A stretch of 64,000 nucleotides of DNA from an uncultured delta proteobacterium (GCA_963827685.1 CAWHBU010000004.1:32001-96000); one strand, 5' to 3'; numbered from the stretch's first letter, positions 20,634 to 30,912 are shown. Notes: generated by a model not told the origin, from the sequence alone. A program made the numbers and translations.

Positions 20634-20777
20634 ATGGTGCAAAAAGAACGCCGATCTAGAATAGATAGAAGGAGAGGTGTGGATCGCAGGAAATTTAACG
20701 ATCCGAATTACAAAGGTCCTGAACGCAGAGGCGGAAAAGACAGGAGATCTAGAAAAGAAAGAAGGAAATCTGCTTAA
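20634..20777 (+). CDS. Small Arg-rich protein with (D/E)RR repeats and a YKGPERR motif (47 aa, not in the ORF track)
   Basis: MVQKERRSRIDRRRGVDRRKFNDPNYKGPERRGGKDRRSRKERRKSA*, preceded by an AGGAGAG RBS. Confidence 0.65.
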   Translation: MVQKERRSRIDRRRGVDRRKFNDPNYKGPERRGGKDRRSRKERRKSA

Positions 20778-20886
20778 TAGACCAATAAGTTCAGCTCTTG
20801 ATCCTTTTGCTAAGAATCAATTTCAGGATTGGTACCATTCGCTGTCTTCCCTATCTTTCCCATCAGTTGGATGTAGCATTGGCGTT

Positions 20887-20906
20887 CCTGCCTACCGGCA
20901 GGCAGG
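20887..20906. repeat. Short palindromic element CCTGCCTACCGGCAGGCAGG
   Basis: Near-identical copy at 12739-12757. Confidence 0.6.
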
Positions 20907-21801
20907 TATTGCCGACGTATTCTTCTATTTAATTCCGGCAATCCGAAAAACCTACCATTTTTATTCCTGTTTGACTTCTTTGCCCAAATTCAATAAACTC
21001 TAAACGAGATTATAGCTTCGCTTCGTTTGTGGCCAAAAAGATCCCGAAGGCTTGGGGACGCTAAGGTGAGAGGTGAAAAATGGAGGAGAAAGCAAGGTTT
21101 AGCAAGGAGGATATAGGTGGTGAAATACTCCCTATACTGACAACAGGACTCTACAAGGATATTTTGGATACTATCCGTGAGTACATTCAAAATGCGATTG
21201 ATGCCCAAAGTCGCCGGATAGAAATCATCATAGATCCCGACACAATAACAATTACTGACAATGGCTTAGGCATGGATTTCCAGGAGGCAAGAAAAGCAAT
21301 AAAATTAGGTGTTTCTGAGAAGAATCCTTTGGAAAACGTAGGATTCCGGGGAATTGGAATTTACAGTGCTTTTAATTTATGCAATGGCCTTGAAATCTAT
21401 ACCAAACCAGCATCTGAAGATCACTGCAGCGTTATTCGTTTTGATTTTAAGAAAATGCGCGAGGCACTGCTTAAGGACCAGGAACAAAGAAAGAGAGGAA
21501 AGCCCTCTTCTCTGTACCTTGAAAAATTACTTAATGATACGGTCATTGTAGAAATTGATAAAGAAAAAACACTAAAAGAGCACGGCACTAGAGCAATAAT
21601 GTTTGATCTATTAGAAGATGTTTATCGGCGAATAAACAATTGGGATGAGATAGTGGGTTACCTTCAAGATGTTGTCCCTTTGCCGTTTCAGGCAAATTTT
21701 AAGTACGCCACTGTTATTAAGAAGAAATTCGAGCAAGAAGATTATAGAGTAGTTCCTCTTGAACTTCAAATTGGTAACCGACGAGAGGAAATATATCGAC
21801 C

Positions 21802-23129
21802 CAGTACTGTCCGGTTAAGGATTTTTAAAAACTGACAATGTTAAACAATGTTAATAGGATAAACATAACAATGACCGTTTTCGATTTCAGATCGTCTGCT
21901 TTTATTGGCCATAATACTTCCATCTCAGAGTGGAAAGGAATGGTCAATGCACTGTGGACGAATGATCTTTTCACAACTCATAAACTTTCTGCCCAAACAC
22001 GAATTCAACAAGTGTGTGCGAAGATACCAAGGCAATTACCGAGTCCGAAGATTTTCCTGTTTCGATCAATTTCTCTGCATGGCCTTCGCCCAGCTTACTT
22101 ACCGAGAAAGTCTTCGCGAGACCGAAACGTGCTTGCGCGCCTTGCAGTCCAAACTCTACCATGTAGGGATTCGGAGCAAAGTCGCTCGAAGCACCCTGGC
22201 CGAAGCCAACGAAAACAGAGACTGGCGGATCTACGCCGATTTTGCTCAAGTGCTGATCCGAAGAGCAAGGTACCTGTATGCCAAAGAAGATTTCGGCGTG
22301 CTCTTGGATCAAGCCGCCTATGCCTTCGATTCGACGACGATCGATCTCTGTCTCTCGCTTTTTCCTTGGGCCCATTTTCGCAAACGCAAAGGCGCCATCA
22401 AACTCCATACGCTGATGGACCTCCATGGCAGTATCCCCTGCTTTATCCGCGTTACCGAAGGCAATGTTCACGACGTCAATCTCCTCGACCAATTGATCTT
22501 AGAGCCTGGCTCTTTTTACATTATGGATCGCGGCTATATCGATTTTGCCCGCCTGTATGTGTTCGCCCTCCATTCAGCCTTCTTTATCATTCGCGCCAAG
22601 AGAAATCTCGATTGCACTCGTCGAAGCTACCGCCTCGTCGACAAAACCACGGGACTCCGAAGCGATCAAACGATTCTTCTCAATGGCCCAAAGACCTCCC
22701 AGGAATATCCCGATCCCCTTCGCCGGATCAGCTATTTCGATATCGTAACGTCCAAACGATTCGTATTCCTGACAAACAATTTTATGCTCAACCCTCTGAC
22801 CATTACCCAACTGTACAAATGCCGCTGGCAGGTGGAACTCTTCTTCAAGTGGATCAAACAGCACCTTCGAATCAAATCCTTTTATGGAACCTCCGAGAAT
22901 GCAGTGAAAACCCAAATCTGGATTGCAATAAGTATTTATGTTCTCTCCGCTATTATCAAGAAAGAATTGAAACTCGACCGAAGTCTCAACGAAATCCTGC
23001 AAATCTTGAGCATCACTTTATTCGAGAAAAACCCCATTTATCAGGTGCTTTCAGGTTTTTTTGATGATATTAAAAAACCCGATTTCTGTAACCAATTGTC
23101 TTTATTCAATTCTTAACCGGACAGCACTG
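21802..23129 (+). mobile_element. IS4-family insertion sequence (1328 bp)
   Basis: Terminal IRs CAGTACTGTCCGGTTAAG / CTTAACCGGACAGCACTG (18 bp, 1 mismatch); 9-bp direct repeat ATATCGACC at 21793-21801 and 23130-23138. Confidence 0.95.
21947..23116 (+). CDS. IS4-family DDE transposase (DUF4372 + DDE_Tnp_1 type)
   Basis: DSTTIDL, MDRGY, YKCRWQVELFFKWIKQHL (YREK signature); likely start is the ATG at 21947. Confidence 0.93.
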   Translation: MHCGRMIFSQLINFLPKHEFNKCVRRYQGNYRVRRFSCFDQFLCMAFAQLTYRESLRETETCLRALQSKLYHVGIRSKVARSTLAEANENRDWRIYADFAQVLIRRARYLYAKEDFGVLLDQAAYAFDSTTIDLCLSLFPWAHFRKRKGAIKLHTLMDLHGSIPCFIRVTEGNVHDVNLLDQLILEPGSFYIMDRGYIDFARLYVFALHSAFFIIRAKRNLDCTRRSYRLVDKTTGLRSDQTILLNGPKTSQEYPDPLRRISYFDIVTSKRFVFLTNNFMLNPLTITQLYKCRWQVELFFKWIKQHLRIKSFYGTSENAVKTQIWIAISIYVLSAIIKKELKLDRSLNEILQILSITLFEKNPIYQVLSGFFDDIKKPDFCNQLSLFNS

Positions 23130-24157
23130 ATATCGACCATATAATAATGATATGTTTTCACATGGAGGTGAACACCCTCCCAAATTCTTTGAGATATCGT
23201 CAGGGAAAGAAAAGTTTGGTTTTGCTTGGGTGTGCATAAGCGATGCCCGTCAGGTCTTAAAAAACCCTAAACTTCGGGGCTTTCTAATAAAAAAGTCTGG
23301 TTTTTCAATTTCTGACCGAAACTACTTTGAACCCTACTTCGGCCGTACTGTTATTAACCGACGTATTACTGGGGAAGTCATTGTTAAACACACGAATCTA
23401 ATTCCTAACGCAGCAAGAAGTGACTTCGAACATAATTCATCACGCCAAGCCTTTCTAGAAGCTTTACCTAAATTTATTCTAGAAGTTACATCGTGGGCCA
23501 ATAAAATACAAGATGAGGACAAAGCCAAAGAAGTTCTCGCGCAAGTTTCAGAGGAAATCGTGCAAATCAATAAAACACTCAGAATAAGTTCACGTGACAG
23601 AGTGAATGTTCCTTCGATTATGTCGAAAGGAATACTCTCACACAAACATGCAAAAAAGATAAACCACAATTCCGTTGCCATGGAGGAAATACAAGACCGG
23701 AGGGAAAAGAAAGTTGTTCCGGGTGGGCGCCCATTACATGAATATGTGAATTTGTATTTCCATGCAAGAAATCCAATGCTTTACGTTCGGCGATCTCACC
23801 ATATTGATCTTTGTATCTTGTGTGTAGGTACACAAATTCTTGACTTGCCAGGGGTTGTCATTGCTGATCGGAACGCTTCCAGTGATTATGCGCGGTTCGC
23901 TCCTGCACCGCACGGGCTTTCAATTGTTGACAAGGAGACCACGTTTGCTGAATACTGGACTCATCAGGACCCGTTTGAGGCGATGCGTCGTAAATCGGCA
24001 AAATGTGCCGAAGTTTTGGTTCCGGATCGCATAGACCCTTGTCTTATTATGGGAGCCTATGTTTCTTGTCTAGAGGCAAAGACGAAGTTTGAAGCATTGG
24101 CGGTTGATATTCCAGTGACAGTAAATTCATATCTTTTCTTCAAATAGGGAGGGAGAA

Positions 24158-25282
24158 ATGGTCAAAGTATTGATGGGTGACATTCTGAAATCTAAGGCCC
24201 AGACCCTTGTCAATACTGTAAATTGTGTTGGAATTATGGGCAAGGGGATTGCGCTTGAATTTAAGGAGCAGTTCCCCGACATGTTCAATGATTATGTGGA
24301 GCGGTGCAATCGTAATGAGGTTAGACTCGGCAAACCTTACTTGTTCAAGAGACTAACACCACCCTGGATTTTGAACTTCCCGACAAAGGGCCACTGGCGT
24401 TCAGTGTCACGGATCGAAGACATTATAAAGGGTCTAAAATATTTGCTTCAACACTATAAAGAATGGGGAATTACGTCTCTTGCTGTACCCCCACTTGGGT
24501 GTGGTCAAGGTCAACTGGAGTGGAAGATAGTTGGTCCAACGCTATACCGTTATTTGAACCAATTAGATATACCCGTCGAACTCTATGCACCTCACGGCAC
24601 GTCACATGAAGAACTGCAGCCTGAATTTCTTGATCAAGAGATAGATATTAAACCTGTTGAGCCAGGATTGGCTCCGGAAAGGGTTAAACCCGCGTGGCTT
24701 GCGGTAGTTGAGATTCTAAGCCGGTTGGAACAAGAACCCTATCACTGGCCTGTAGGTCGAACTACATTCCAAAAAATTGCGTACATTGCTACCCAAGAAG
24801 GCTTGCCCACCGGACTACACTATCAAAAATCAAGTTTCGGCCCTTTCTCACCAGAGTTAAAGGGTGTTATCACCCGACTAGTCAACAATGGCTTAATACG
24901 AGAGGAGCAGCTTGGACGAATGTTTGCGGTTAAAGTTGGGCGAACCTTCTCAGACGCACGGAAAGCCTACATGAATGAACTGGCTCAATGGGAACCAATT
25001 ATTGAGAAAACAACAGATCTATTCATGCGTATGCAAACGAGGCAATCCGAGGTCGTGGCGACAGTCCTTTTCGCTGCAAACACATTGGTAAATAGAAATA
25101 AAGAGCAACCTTCCGAAAAAGAAGTCTTGAATGAGGTGATGGAATGGAAGCAACGTCGCCGTCCAAAACTTGATGACAAGGAAGTTGCCTACACCATTCG
25201 AAATCTGGCTGCTTTGAGTTGGCTAAAAGTCAAACCAAGTTCAGACTTACCGATACCGGATGAAATTATTGCTGAAGCATAA
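24158..25282 (+). CDS. darG: DarG macrodomain antitoxin (DNA ADP-ribosylglycohydrolase)
   Basis: NTVNCVGIMGKGIALEFK, NFPTKGHW, PPLGCGQGQL; C-terminal FQKIAY...FGPFS domain; lies 10 nt after the darT-domain stop. Confidence 0.9.
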   Translation: MVKVLMGDILKSKAQTLVNTVNCVGIMGKGIALEFKEQFPDMFNDYVERCNRNEVRLGKPYLFKRLTPPWILNFPTKGHWRSVSRIEDIIKGLKYLLQHYKEWGITSLAVPPLGCGQGQLEWKIVGPTLYRYLNQLDIPVELYAPHGTSHEELQPEFLDQEIDIKPVEPGLAPERVKPAWLAVVEILSRLEQEPYHWPVGRTTFQKIAYIATQEGLPTGLHYQKSSFGPFSPELKGVITRLVNNGLIREEQLGRMFAVKVGRTFSDARKAYMNELAQWEPIIEKTTDLFMRMQTRQSEVVATVLFAANTLVNRNKEQPSEKEVLNEVMEWKQRRRPKLDDKEVAYTIRNLAALSWLKVKPSSDLPIPDEIIAEA

Positions 25283-25507
25283 TTTAATAATGATTATGAA
25301 GTTCTCTCAAAGGGTTGCAGAGTCCAATTAGGGACAAGACCTGGATTATGTATCTTAAGGAAAGTTAAGGTTGGAGGAAGAGAATTGAATCAATGCCATA
25401 TATTTGGACTCACCGAACAATCATTGATTATTAAAGAGGGAAACATATCAACGAGTAGCCCTTTACAAATTTAGCGAACCGAATCATGCCCTGTCCCTGA
25501 AAAATCA

Positions 25508-28003
25508 ATGAAAGACCTTGAAAACCTTCGAACCCAGCTCCAAAAAGCATTAGCCGAATGTGCTTCCTTAAGGGAGGAAAATAAACAATTAAAGAAACTA
25601 CTTGGTCTGTCTTCTGAAGAAATTGTTCCACTTCACGAACTTGCCATTTCAGAACCATTGAGCCTATACACTGTCACAAGCACTCCGGTGATCAATAACT
25701 TTTCGATAGAAGAGCAAGTTACTCTTTTCCGCTCTCTATTTCGTGGGCGGGAAGACGTGTATCCAGTCAGATGGGAAGGGAAATATGGAAGATCCGGATA
25801 TTCTCCTGCGTGTGCAAACGAATGGAAACGTCCCTTATGCGGTAAACCTAAGACGAAATGTGGGGATTGCGGAAACCGAAATCTCGTGCCAGTGACGGAT
25901 GAGGTAATCCGGGGCCATCTAATCGGAAAACATATCATTGGAGTCTACCCACTCTTATTGGATGAAACTTGTTGGTTTCTTGCTATAGATTTCGATAAGA
26001 AGACCTGGCAGGAGGATGTGGTCGTTTTTCTTCGGGTCTGCCGAGAAATAGGGGTTCCTGCGGCGCTTGAGCGTTCCCGGTCAGGACAGGGTGGTCACGT
26101 TTGGATATTCTTTGATCGTCCAATTGAGGCTTCAATAGCCCGGAAGTTCGGTTGTACCATCCTGACGCGTGCTATGGAGCGGAGACATCAAATTGGTTTG
26201 GATTCCTATGACCGATTCTTTCCTAGCCAAGATACTCTGCCAAAAGGCGGGTTTGGTAATCTCATTGCCCTTCCATTGCAATTTACTTCAAAAAAGAAGG
26301 GTAATAGCGTTTTCGTGAACGAAGGCTTTGAAGCTTTTCCCGACCAGTGGCTGTTCCTTTCCACAATCAAAAGAATTCGGAGGGACGAGGTAGAAGCTAT
26401 TGTTCAGGAGGCATCGAGAAATGGAAGCATCATTGACGTCCGCATAAGTCTTACTGATGGAGAAGCCTCTGAAGACCCTTGGACTTTACCTCCGTCAAAG
26501 AAAAGAATTGAAAAAACCATTCAAGGACGTTTGCCCCAAACTGTTCAGTTGGTCCAAAGTAACCTGGTCTATATAGAAAAAAAGGGGTTACCCCCTGCTA
26601 TGCTAAACCGACTAATTCGTTTAGCTGCTTTCCAAAACCCCGATTTCTACAGGGCTCAGGCGATGCGGCTGTCGACATTCGGCAAACCGCGAGTTATTGG
26701 TTGCGCTGAGGATTTTGCCGACCATATCGGTCTTCCCAGAGGCTGTATCGATGATGCACTAGCAGTGTTTAAAGCCCACAATATCAACACAAAAATCGAC
26801 AATAAGCGTTTAGAGGGTACCACGATAGACGCAACTTTTCGTGGCGAACTCCATCCTTTCCAACAAGAGGCGGGCGACAAAATGCTAGCTTATGACAACG
26901 GCATTTTGTTAGCTCCCACCGCTTTTGGCAAGACGGTGTTAGCGGCATGGCTCATTGCTCAAAGAAAAGTGAATACCCTCGTATTAGTGCATCGCAGACA
27001 ACTCATGGATCAGTGGAGAGAACGGTTAGCACTGTTTCTTGATAAACCTATAGAAGATCTTGGTCAGATAGGTGGGGGCAAGACGAAGGTGACTGGTCAT
27101 ATTGACGTTGGTTTAATACAGAGCCTCATTCGCAAGGGCGAGGTCAAGGACATGGTGGCTGAATACGGTCAAGTCATCATTGATGAGTGCCACCATATTC
27201 CTGCCTTTACCTTTGAACAAGTTCTCAAACAGGCGAAGGCTAGGTATGTTGTCGGCCTTACGGCAACCCCTATTCGTAAGGATGGTCATCACCCAATAAT
27301 CATGATGCAGTGCGGTCCAATTCGTTTCAAGGAGAACGCTAAAAGACACGCAACGATAACGCCATTTGAACATGTCGTCTTGACAAGGTTCACTGATTTC
27401 AAATTGCCTCCGGAATTAACCGATCCTAAAATACAAGATATTTATTCAGCCCTTGTATTTGACAAACATCGCAACGAATTAATCTTCAACGATCTACTGA
27501 AAGCTTTAGAAACAGGACGGTCGCCCCTACTCCTAACAGAGCGTACTGAGCATTTAGAATGGTTCGCAGAACATCTTAAGGGTTTTGCTCAGAATATCAT
27601 AATTCTTAGGGGCGGCATGGGCACAAAACAACGTAAAGCACTGGCTGAACAGATTAAAGCAATTCCCGATTCAAAGGAGAGGGTAATCATTGCCACAGGG
27701 CGGTATATCGGTGAGGGTTTTGATGATGCTAGACTGGACACATTATTTTTGGCTATGCCAATCTCTTGGCGTGGCACACTCCAGCAATATGTAGGCCGTC
27801 TTCACCGACTTCACGATAATAAGCAAGTGGTGCAAGTTTATGATTATGTTGACATTCATATTCCGACATTGATGAGAATGTATAAGAAACGGCTGAAGGG
27901 TTATGACGCAATCGGGTATTTGGTTCAAAATTCTCAGGAAAACCAGGGAGAAAAGAGCGATGAATTACTGCCCGAAACCAAAGACACTGTCTTGGATATC
28001 TAA
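25508..28003 (+). CDS. TOTE-type AEP primase domain fused to an SF2 (DExH) helicase
   Basis: FRGREDVY, Cys cluster CANEW...C...CGDC, AIDFD, ERSRSGQGGHVW and GNLIALPLQ (AEP); Walker A APTAFGKT, DECH, TAT and QYVGRLHR. Confidence 0.85.
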   Translation: MKDLENLRTQLQKALAECASLREENKQLKKLLGLSSEEIVPLHELAISEPLSLYTVTSTPVINNFSIEEQVTLFRSLFRGREDVYPVRWEGKYGRSGYSPACANEWKRPLCGKPKTKCGDCGNRNLVPVTDEVIRGHLIGKHIIGVYPLLLDETCWFLAIDFDKKTWQEDVVVFLRVCREIGVPAALERSRSGQGGHVWIFFDRPIEASIARKFGCTILTRAMERRHQIGLDSYDRFFPSQDTLPKGGFGNLIALPLQFTSKKKGNSVFVNEGFEAFPDQWLFLSTIKRIRRDEVEAIVQEASRNGSIIDVRISLTDGEASEDPWTLPPSKKRIEKTIQGRLPQTVQLVQSNLVYIEKKGLPPAMLNRLIRLAAFQNPDFYRAQAMRLSTFGKPRVIGCAEDFADHIGLPRGCIDDALAVFKAHNINTKIDNKRLEGTTIDATFRGELHPFQQEAGDKMLAYDNGILLAPTAFGKTVLAAWLIAQRKVNTLVLVHRRQLMDQWRERLALFLDKPIEDLGQIGGGKTKVTGHIDVGLIQSLIRKGEVKDMVAEYGQVIIDECHHIPAFTFEQVLKQAKARYVVGLTATPIRKDGHHPIIMMQCGPIRFKENAKRHATITPFEHVVLTRFTDFKLPPELTDPKIQDIYSALVFDKHRNELIFNDLLKALETGRSPLLLTERTEHLEWFAEHLKGFAQNIIILRGGMGTKQRKALAEQIKAIPDSKERVIIATGRYIGEGFDDARLDTLFLAMPISWRGTLQQYVGRLHRLHDNKQVVQVYDYVDIHIPTLMRMYKKRLKGYDAIGYLVQNSQENQGEKSDELLPETKDTVLDI

Positions 28004-28146
28004 GAAAAATGGGCATCAATACTGTTGAGACTGACACTCAATCAGCAAAAATTTTAGACTCCGCATGGAAAATCCAGAACAATGTTTCGTAAGTCACCAA
28101 ATCCGCAGACGCTATTTGCTAAGTCTGGACCGATCCACGAAAAAAA

Positions 28147-28183
28147 TAAAGGGCACACTCTGAAATGAAGTGTGCCCTTTTAT
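28147..28183. terminator. Bidirectional intrinsic terminator between convergent genes
   Basis: AAAGGGCACACT...AGTGTGCCCTTT flanked by A- and T-runs. Confidence 0.75.
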
Positions 28184-28216
28184 AAAAAACGGGAATGACT
28201 TCCCGGTTATTTTGTT

Positions 28217-28606
28217 TTAATAGCCCTTTTCAGAAGGAGCTTTTTCCTTCATCCCTGTGGTTTTTGGTGCACTCACACTGACCGTATCAGCCACCGATTT
28301 GTTCCCTTCTTTGGCGTATTCGACAGTGACTTCCTGTCCTTTCTTCAAATCGGCGAGGGCGAGCGTCTTCGTGCCTTCAGTGATCTTTGCCTTGTCACTC
28401 AACGGGAAGGTTATTTCTTCTTTTCCGCTCTTCACGGAAAAATCCTTCCTGGCCACATCCACCCTTTCGATAACACCAATGTACTTCTCGAGTTTGGGTG
28501 CGGCTGGTGTTGCTGAGACAGGAGCTTTTTGTTCTGCTGCCATGACAGCGGCGACAAAGATCACTGAAGCGGCTAAGACCATAACCGTCAACATTGTTCT
28601 TCTCAT
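28217..28606 (-). CDS. Small exported protein, probable OB-fold-like (DUF5666/CusF-like) domain
   Basis: Signal peptide, G-x-I-x-x-VD...LADLKKGQEVTVEY pattern; GGAGG RBS before the ATG at 28606. Confidence 0.6.
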   Translation of the reverse strand: MRRTMLTVMVLAASVIFVAAVMAAEQKAPVSATPAAPKLEKYIGVIERVDVARKDFSVKSGKEEITFPLSDKAKITEGTKTLALADLKKGQEVTVEYAKEGNKSVADTVSVSAPKTTGMKEKAPSEKGY

Positions 28607-28837
28607 GTTGTTCACCTCCTGTCTGTTGAGATTTTGTTTCCTAATTTAATTTTGAGCGAGGAGAATGAATTCTGTCAAGAATGGGAATTGGGCTGGTGTA
28701 GAAAAAATAAAGGTGCTATCTTTCGGGATAAGAAGGTTCTCTTTTTTTGGTCAACGGAACCGGTTATAATATCGTTTGCAAAATTTAGACCGTCCGATAT
28801 AACGCAGCAAAAAATCAAATTCCAGGGATGTGGTGTG

Positions 28838-30298
28838 ATGGCAGAGAAGGACATGAACGGGGAGCCCAGTTTTGAGGAACTTTTGAAGGCCAGTTCTGAG
28901 GGCCCGGGTCGCAGGCTTTTCCCCGGAGATAAGGTTTCAGGGAAGGTGTTGAAAGTCTCCAAGGATACGATCTTTGTTGATTTAGGAGGCAAGAGCGAGG
29001 GGATTGCGGATATTCAGGAATTCCTGGACAAGGAGGGCCACCTCACCCTCAAGGAGGGAGATTGGGTTGAGATGAGGGTGTCATCGACCCGGGATGGAAT
29101 CCATCTCACAAAGGGAATGAAGGTTCAGGGTGCGGATTCTCTCGACATCCTCCGGGAGGCAAAAGAAAACCTCATCCCTGTTGAAGGAAGAGTGACTAAT
29201 GTCGTGAAGGGAGGTTTTGAGATCAAACTTTCTGGAATTCGTGCCTTTTGCCCTTTAGGCCAGATGGACATCCAGTTCTGTGAGAAGCCTGAGGAGCATG
29301 TTGGAGCGAGATATCCGTTTCGCATCATGGAGATCAAAGAAAAAGGGAAGAATATTATCGTCTCCAGACGCGTGCTCCTGGATGAAGAGCAGGAGAAAAA
29401 GTCAAAAGAGACTTTAGCGAGACTCAGGCCTGACCTTGAGTGTGAGGGGAAGGTGACCAAACTGACCGACTTTGGTGCCTTTGTCGATATCGGAGGAATC
29501 GAAGGGATGGTCCATATCTCTGAAATATCCCATGGAAGGATAAGCCATCCATCGGAGATTCTAAAACCTGGCCAGCAGGTGAAGGTAAAAGTGATGAAGT
29601 TCGAACCGGATAGGGAAGGCCGTCCCAAAGTCTCTCTTTCCATCAAAGCCTTGGAGCTTGACTCATGGGGGAAAGGCCTTGGATTTGAAGAGGGAGAGAT
29701 CATCCGCGGCAAAGTCTCCAGGCTCACGGACTTTGGGGCTTTTGTCGAAGTGGCACCGGGGGTGGATGGTCTTGTTCACATTTCTGAGATCAGTTACGAA
29801 CGTGTTTCCCATCCGAGCAGATTCCTCCATGAAGGGGATAGGGTGGATGTGCTGGTCATGGGAATAGACCGTGAAACGCGCCGCATCTCCCTGTCAATTA
29901 AAGAGGTGACGATCAAGAAAAGGATGGAGATGGAAGGAGAGGGATCGGATAAGGTGCGCCTTGAAGTAGGACAAGTCCTGAGAGGGATTGTTGAAGACAG
30001 TAAGCCTTACGGTATTTTTATCCGCCTTCCACAGCTTGGACCAAAGGTGAAAGGCCTGCTTCCCATGGAGGAACTGAAAGATTCTGGGGAAAAAGATATT
30101 AAAAAGAAATTTGCCAAAGGTCAGGAGATTCAAGTGGAGATCATCGTTATAGATGAAAAAGGAAAAATAAGACTATCACAAAGAGTGATAGAGGAGAGAG
30201 AGGACCGGGAAGATTACAAAGAGTTTTTGGGAAAGGAAGATAAGGGTGGGAAGTTGGGAACTTTAGGAGACATTTTCAAGAACTTGAAGCCGAAGTGA
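28838..30298 (+). CDS. 30S ribosomal protein S1-like protein (multiple S1 domains)
   Basis: SFEELL N-terminus; repeated FGAFV.I.G.(E/D)G.VHISEIS S1 motifs; C-terminal LGTLGDIF. Confidence 0.88.
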   Translation: MAEKDMNGEPSFEELLKASSEGPGRRLFPGDKVSGKVLKVSKDTIFVDLGGKSEGIADIQEFLDKEGHLTLKEGDWVEMRVSSTRDGIHLTKGMKVQGADSLDILREAKENLIPVEGRVTNVVKGGFEIKLSGIRAFCPLGQMDIQFCEKPEEHVGARYPFRIMEIKEKGKNIIVSRRVLLDEEQEKKSKETLARLRPDLECEGKVTKLTDFGAFVDIGGIEGMVHISEISHGRISHPSEILKPGQQVKVKVMKFEPDREGRPKVSLSIKALELDSWGKGLGFEEGEIIRGKVSRLTDFGAFVEVAPGVDGLVHISEISYERVSHPSRFLHEGDRVDVLVMGIDRETRRISLSIKEVTIKKRMEMEGEGSDKVRLEVGQVLRGIVEDSKPYGIFIRLPQLGPKVKGLLPMEELKDSGEKDIKKKFAKGQEIQVEIIVIDEKGKIRLSQRVIEEREDREDYKEFLGKEDKGGKLGTLGDIFKNLKPK

Positions 30299-30435
30299 GT
30301 TACAAAAGCGCATAGGGCATAGCGCATAGCGCATAGGGCCGCAAAATAAAACCAAGGACTATATTTTCATGGTTTGTGGGGTCGAGGATGTCATGAAAGA
30401 TTCCTTTGAAAATAGAATAGCCGGGATTTCTTTCT

Positions 30436-30912
30436 ATGAAAAAAACAAATGCGGTAAGGTTTCTGGATAGTTTAAAGGTTGATTACAAACTTCTGGAATA
30501 TGAGATTGATGGGTCAGACCTCAGTGCTGAAAGTGTTGCAAAGAAGGTGGGTTTGCCTCCAGAGCAAGTATTTAAGACACTGGTTGCCAGGGGAGATAAA
30601 ACAGGAATATTGATGGGTTGCATTCCAGGAAACAATGAACTCGATCTGAAGGCAATGGCTATGGTCAGCGGAAACAAAAAGGTAGAGATGGTCCATGTGA
30701 AAGAGATTCAACAATTAACAGGTTATATCCGGGGAGGCGTCTCACCGATTGGGACAAAAAAACAATATCCCATTTTTTTGGATGAGAGTGCCATGAGGTT
30801 TCCACTTATCTCGATCAGCGCTGGGGCGCGGGGTTCCCAAATTTTTATTTCGCCGGAGGATTTAATCGAGGCGCTGGATATAGAGCTATGCAAGATCGCC
30901 CGAAGTGAATAA
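30436..30912 (+). CDS. ybaK: Cys-tRNA(Pro) deacylase
   Basis: KTNAVRFL, QVFKTLV, TGYIRGGVSPIG, SAGARG. Confidence 0.93.
   Translation: MKKTNAVRFLDSLKVDYKLLEYEIDGSDLSAESVAKKVGLPPEQVFKTLVARGDKTGILMGCIPGNNELDLKAMAMVSGNKKVEMVHVKEIQQLTGYIRGGVSPIGTKKQYPIFLDESAMRFPLISISAGARGSQIFISPEDLIEALDIELCKIARSE

Larger units (their letters stand above)
21080..24147 (+). pseudogene. Hsp90/GHKL-like ATPase fused in frame to a DarT (DUF4433) DNA ADP-ribosyltransferase domain, interrupted by an IS
   Basis: GHKL motifs REYIQNAID, DNGLGM and GFRGIG in 21080-21801. Removing the IS and one TSD restores ...EEIYRP-YNNDMFSHGG... (576 aa). The C-terminus has DarT motifs NVPSIMSKGILSH, HEYVNLYFHARNPMLY, DRNASS and AEVLV. 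Confidence 0.85.

Noticed and set aside
20677-21003. 108-aa ORF containing PAYRQAG
   Set aside because: It overlaps the better-supported 47-aa ORF, and the motif is simply the translation of the palindromic repeat.
21838-23064. 408-aa ORF overlapping the IS4 transposase
   Set aside because: Alternative frame with Arg/Ser/Pro-rich, non-protein-like composition.
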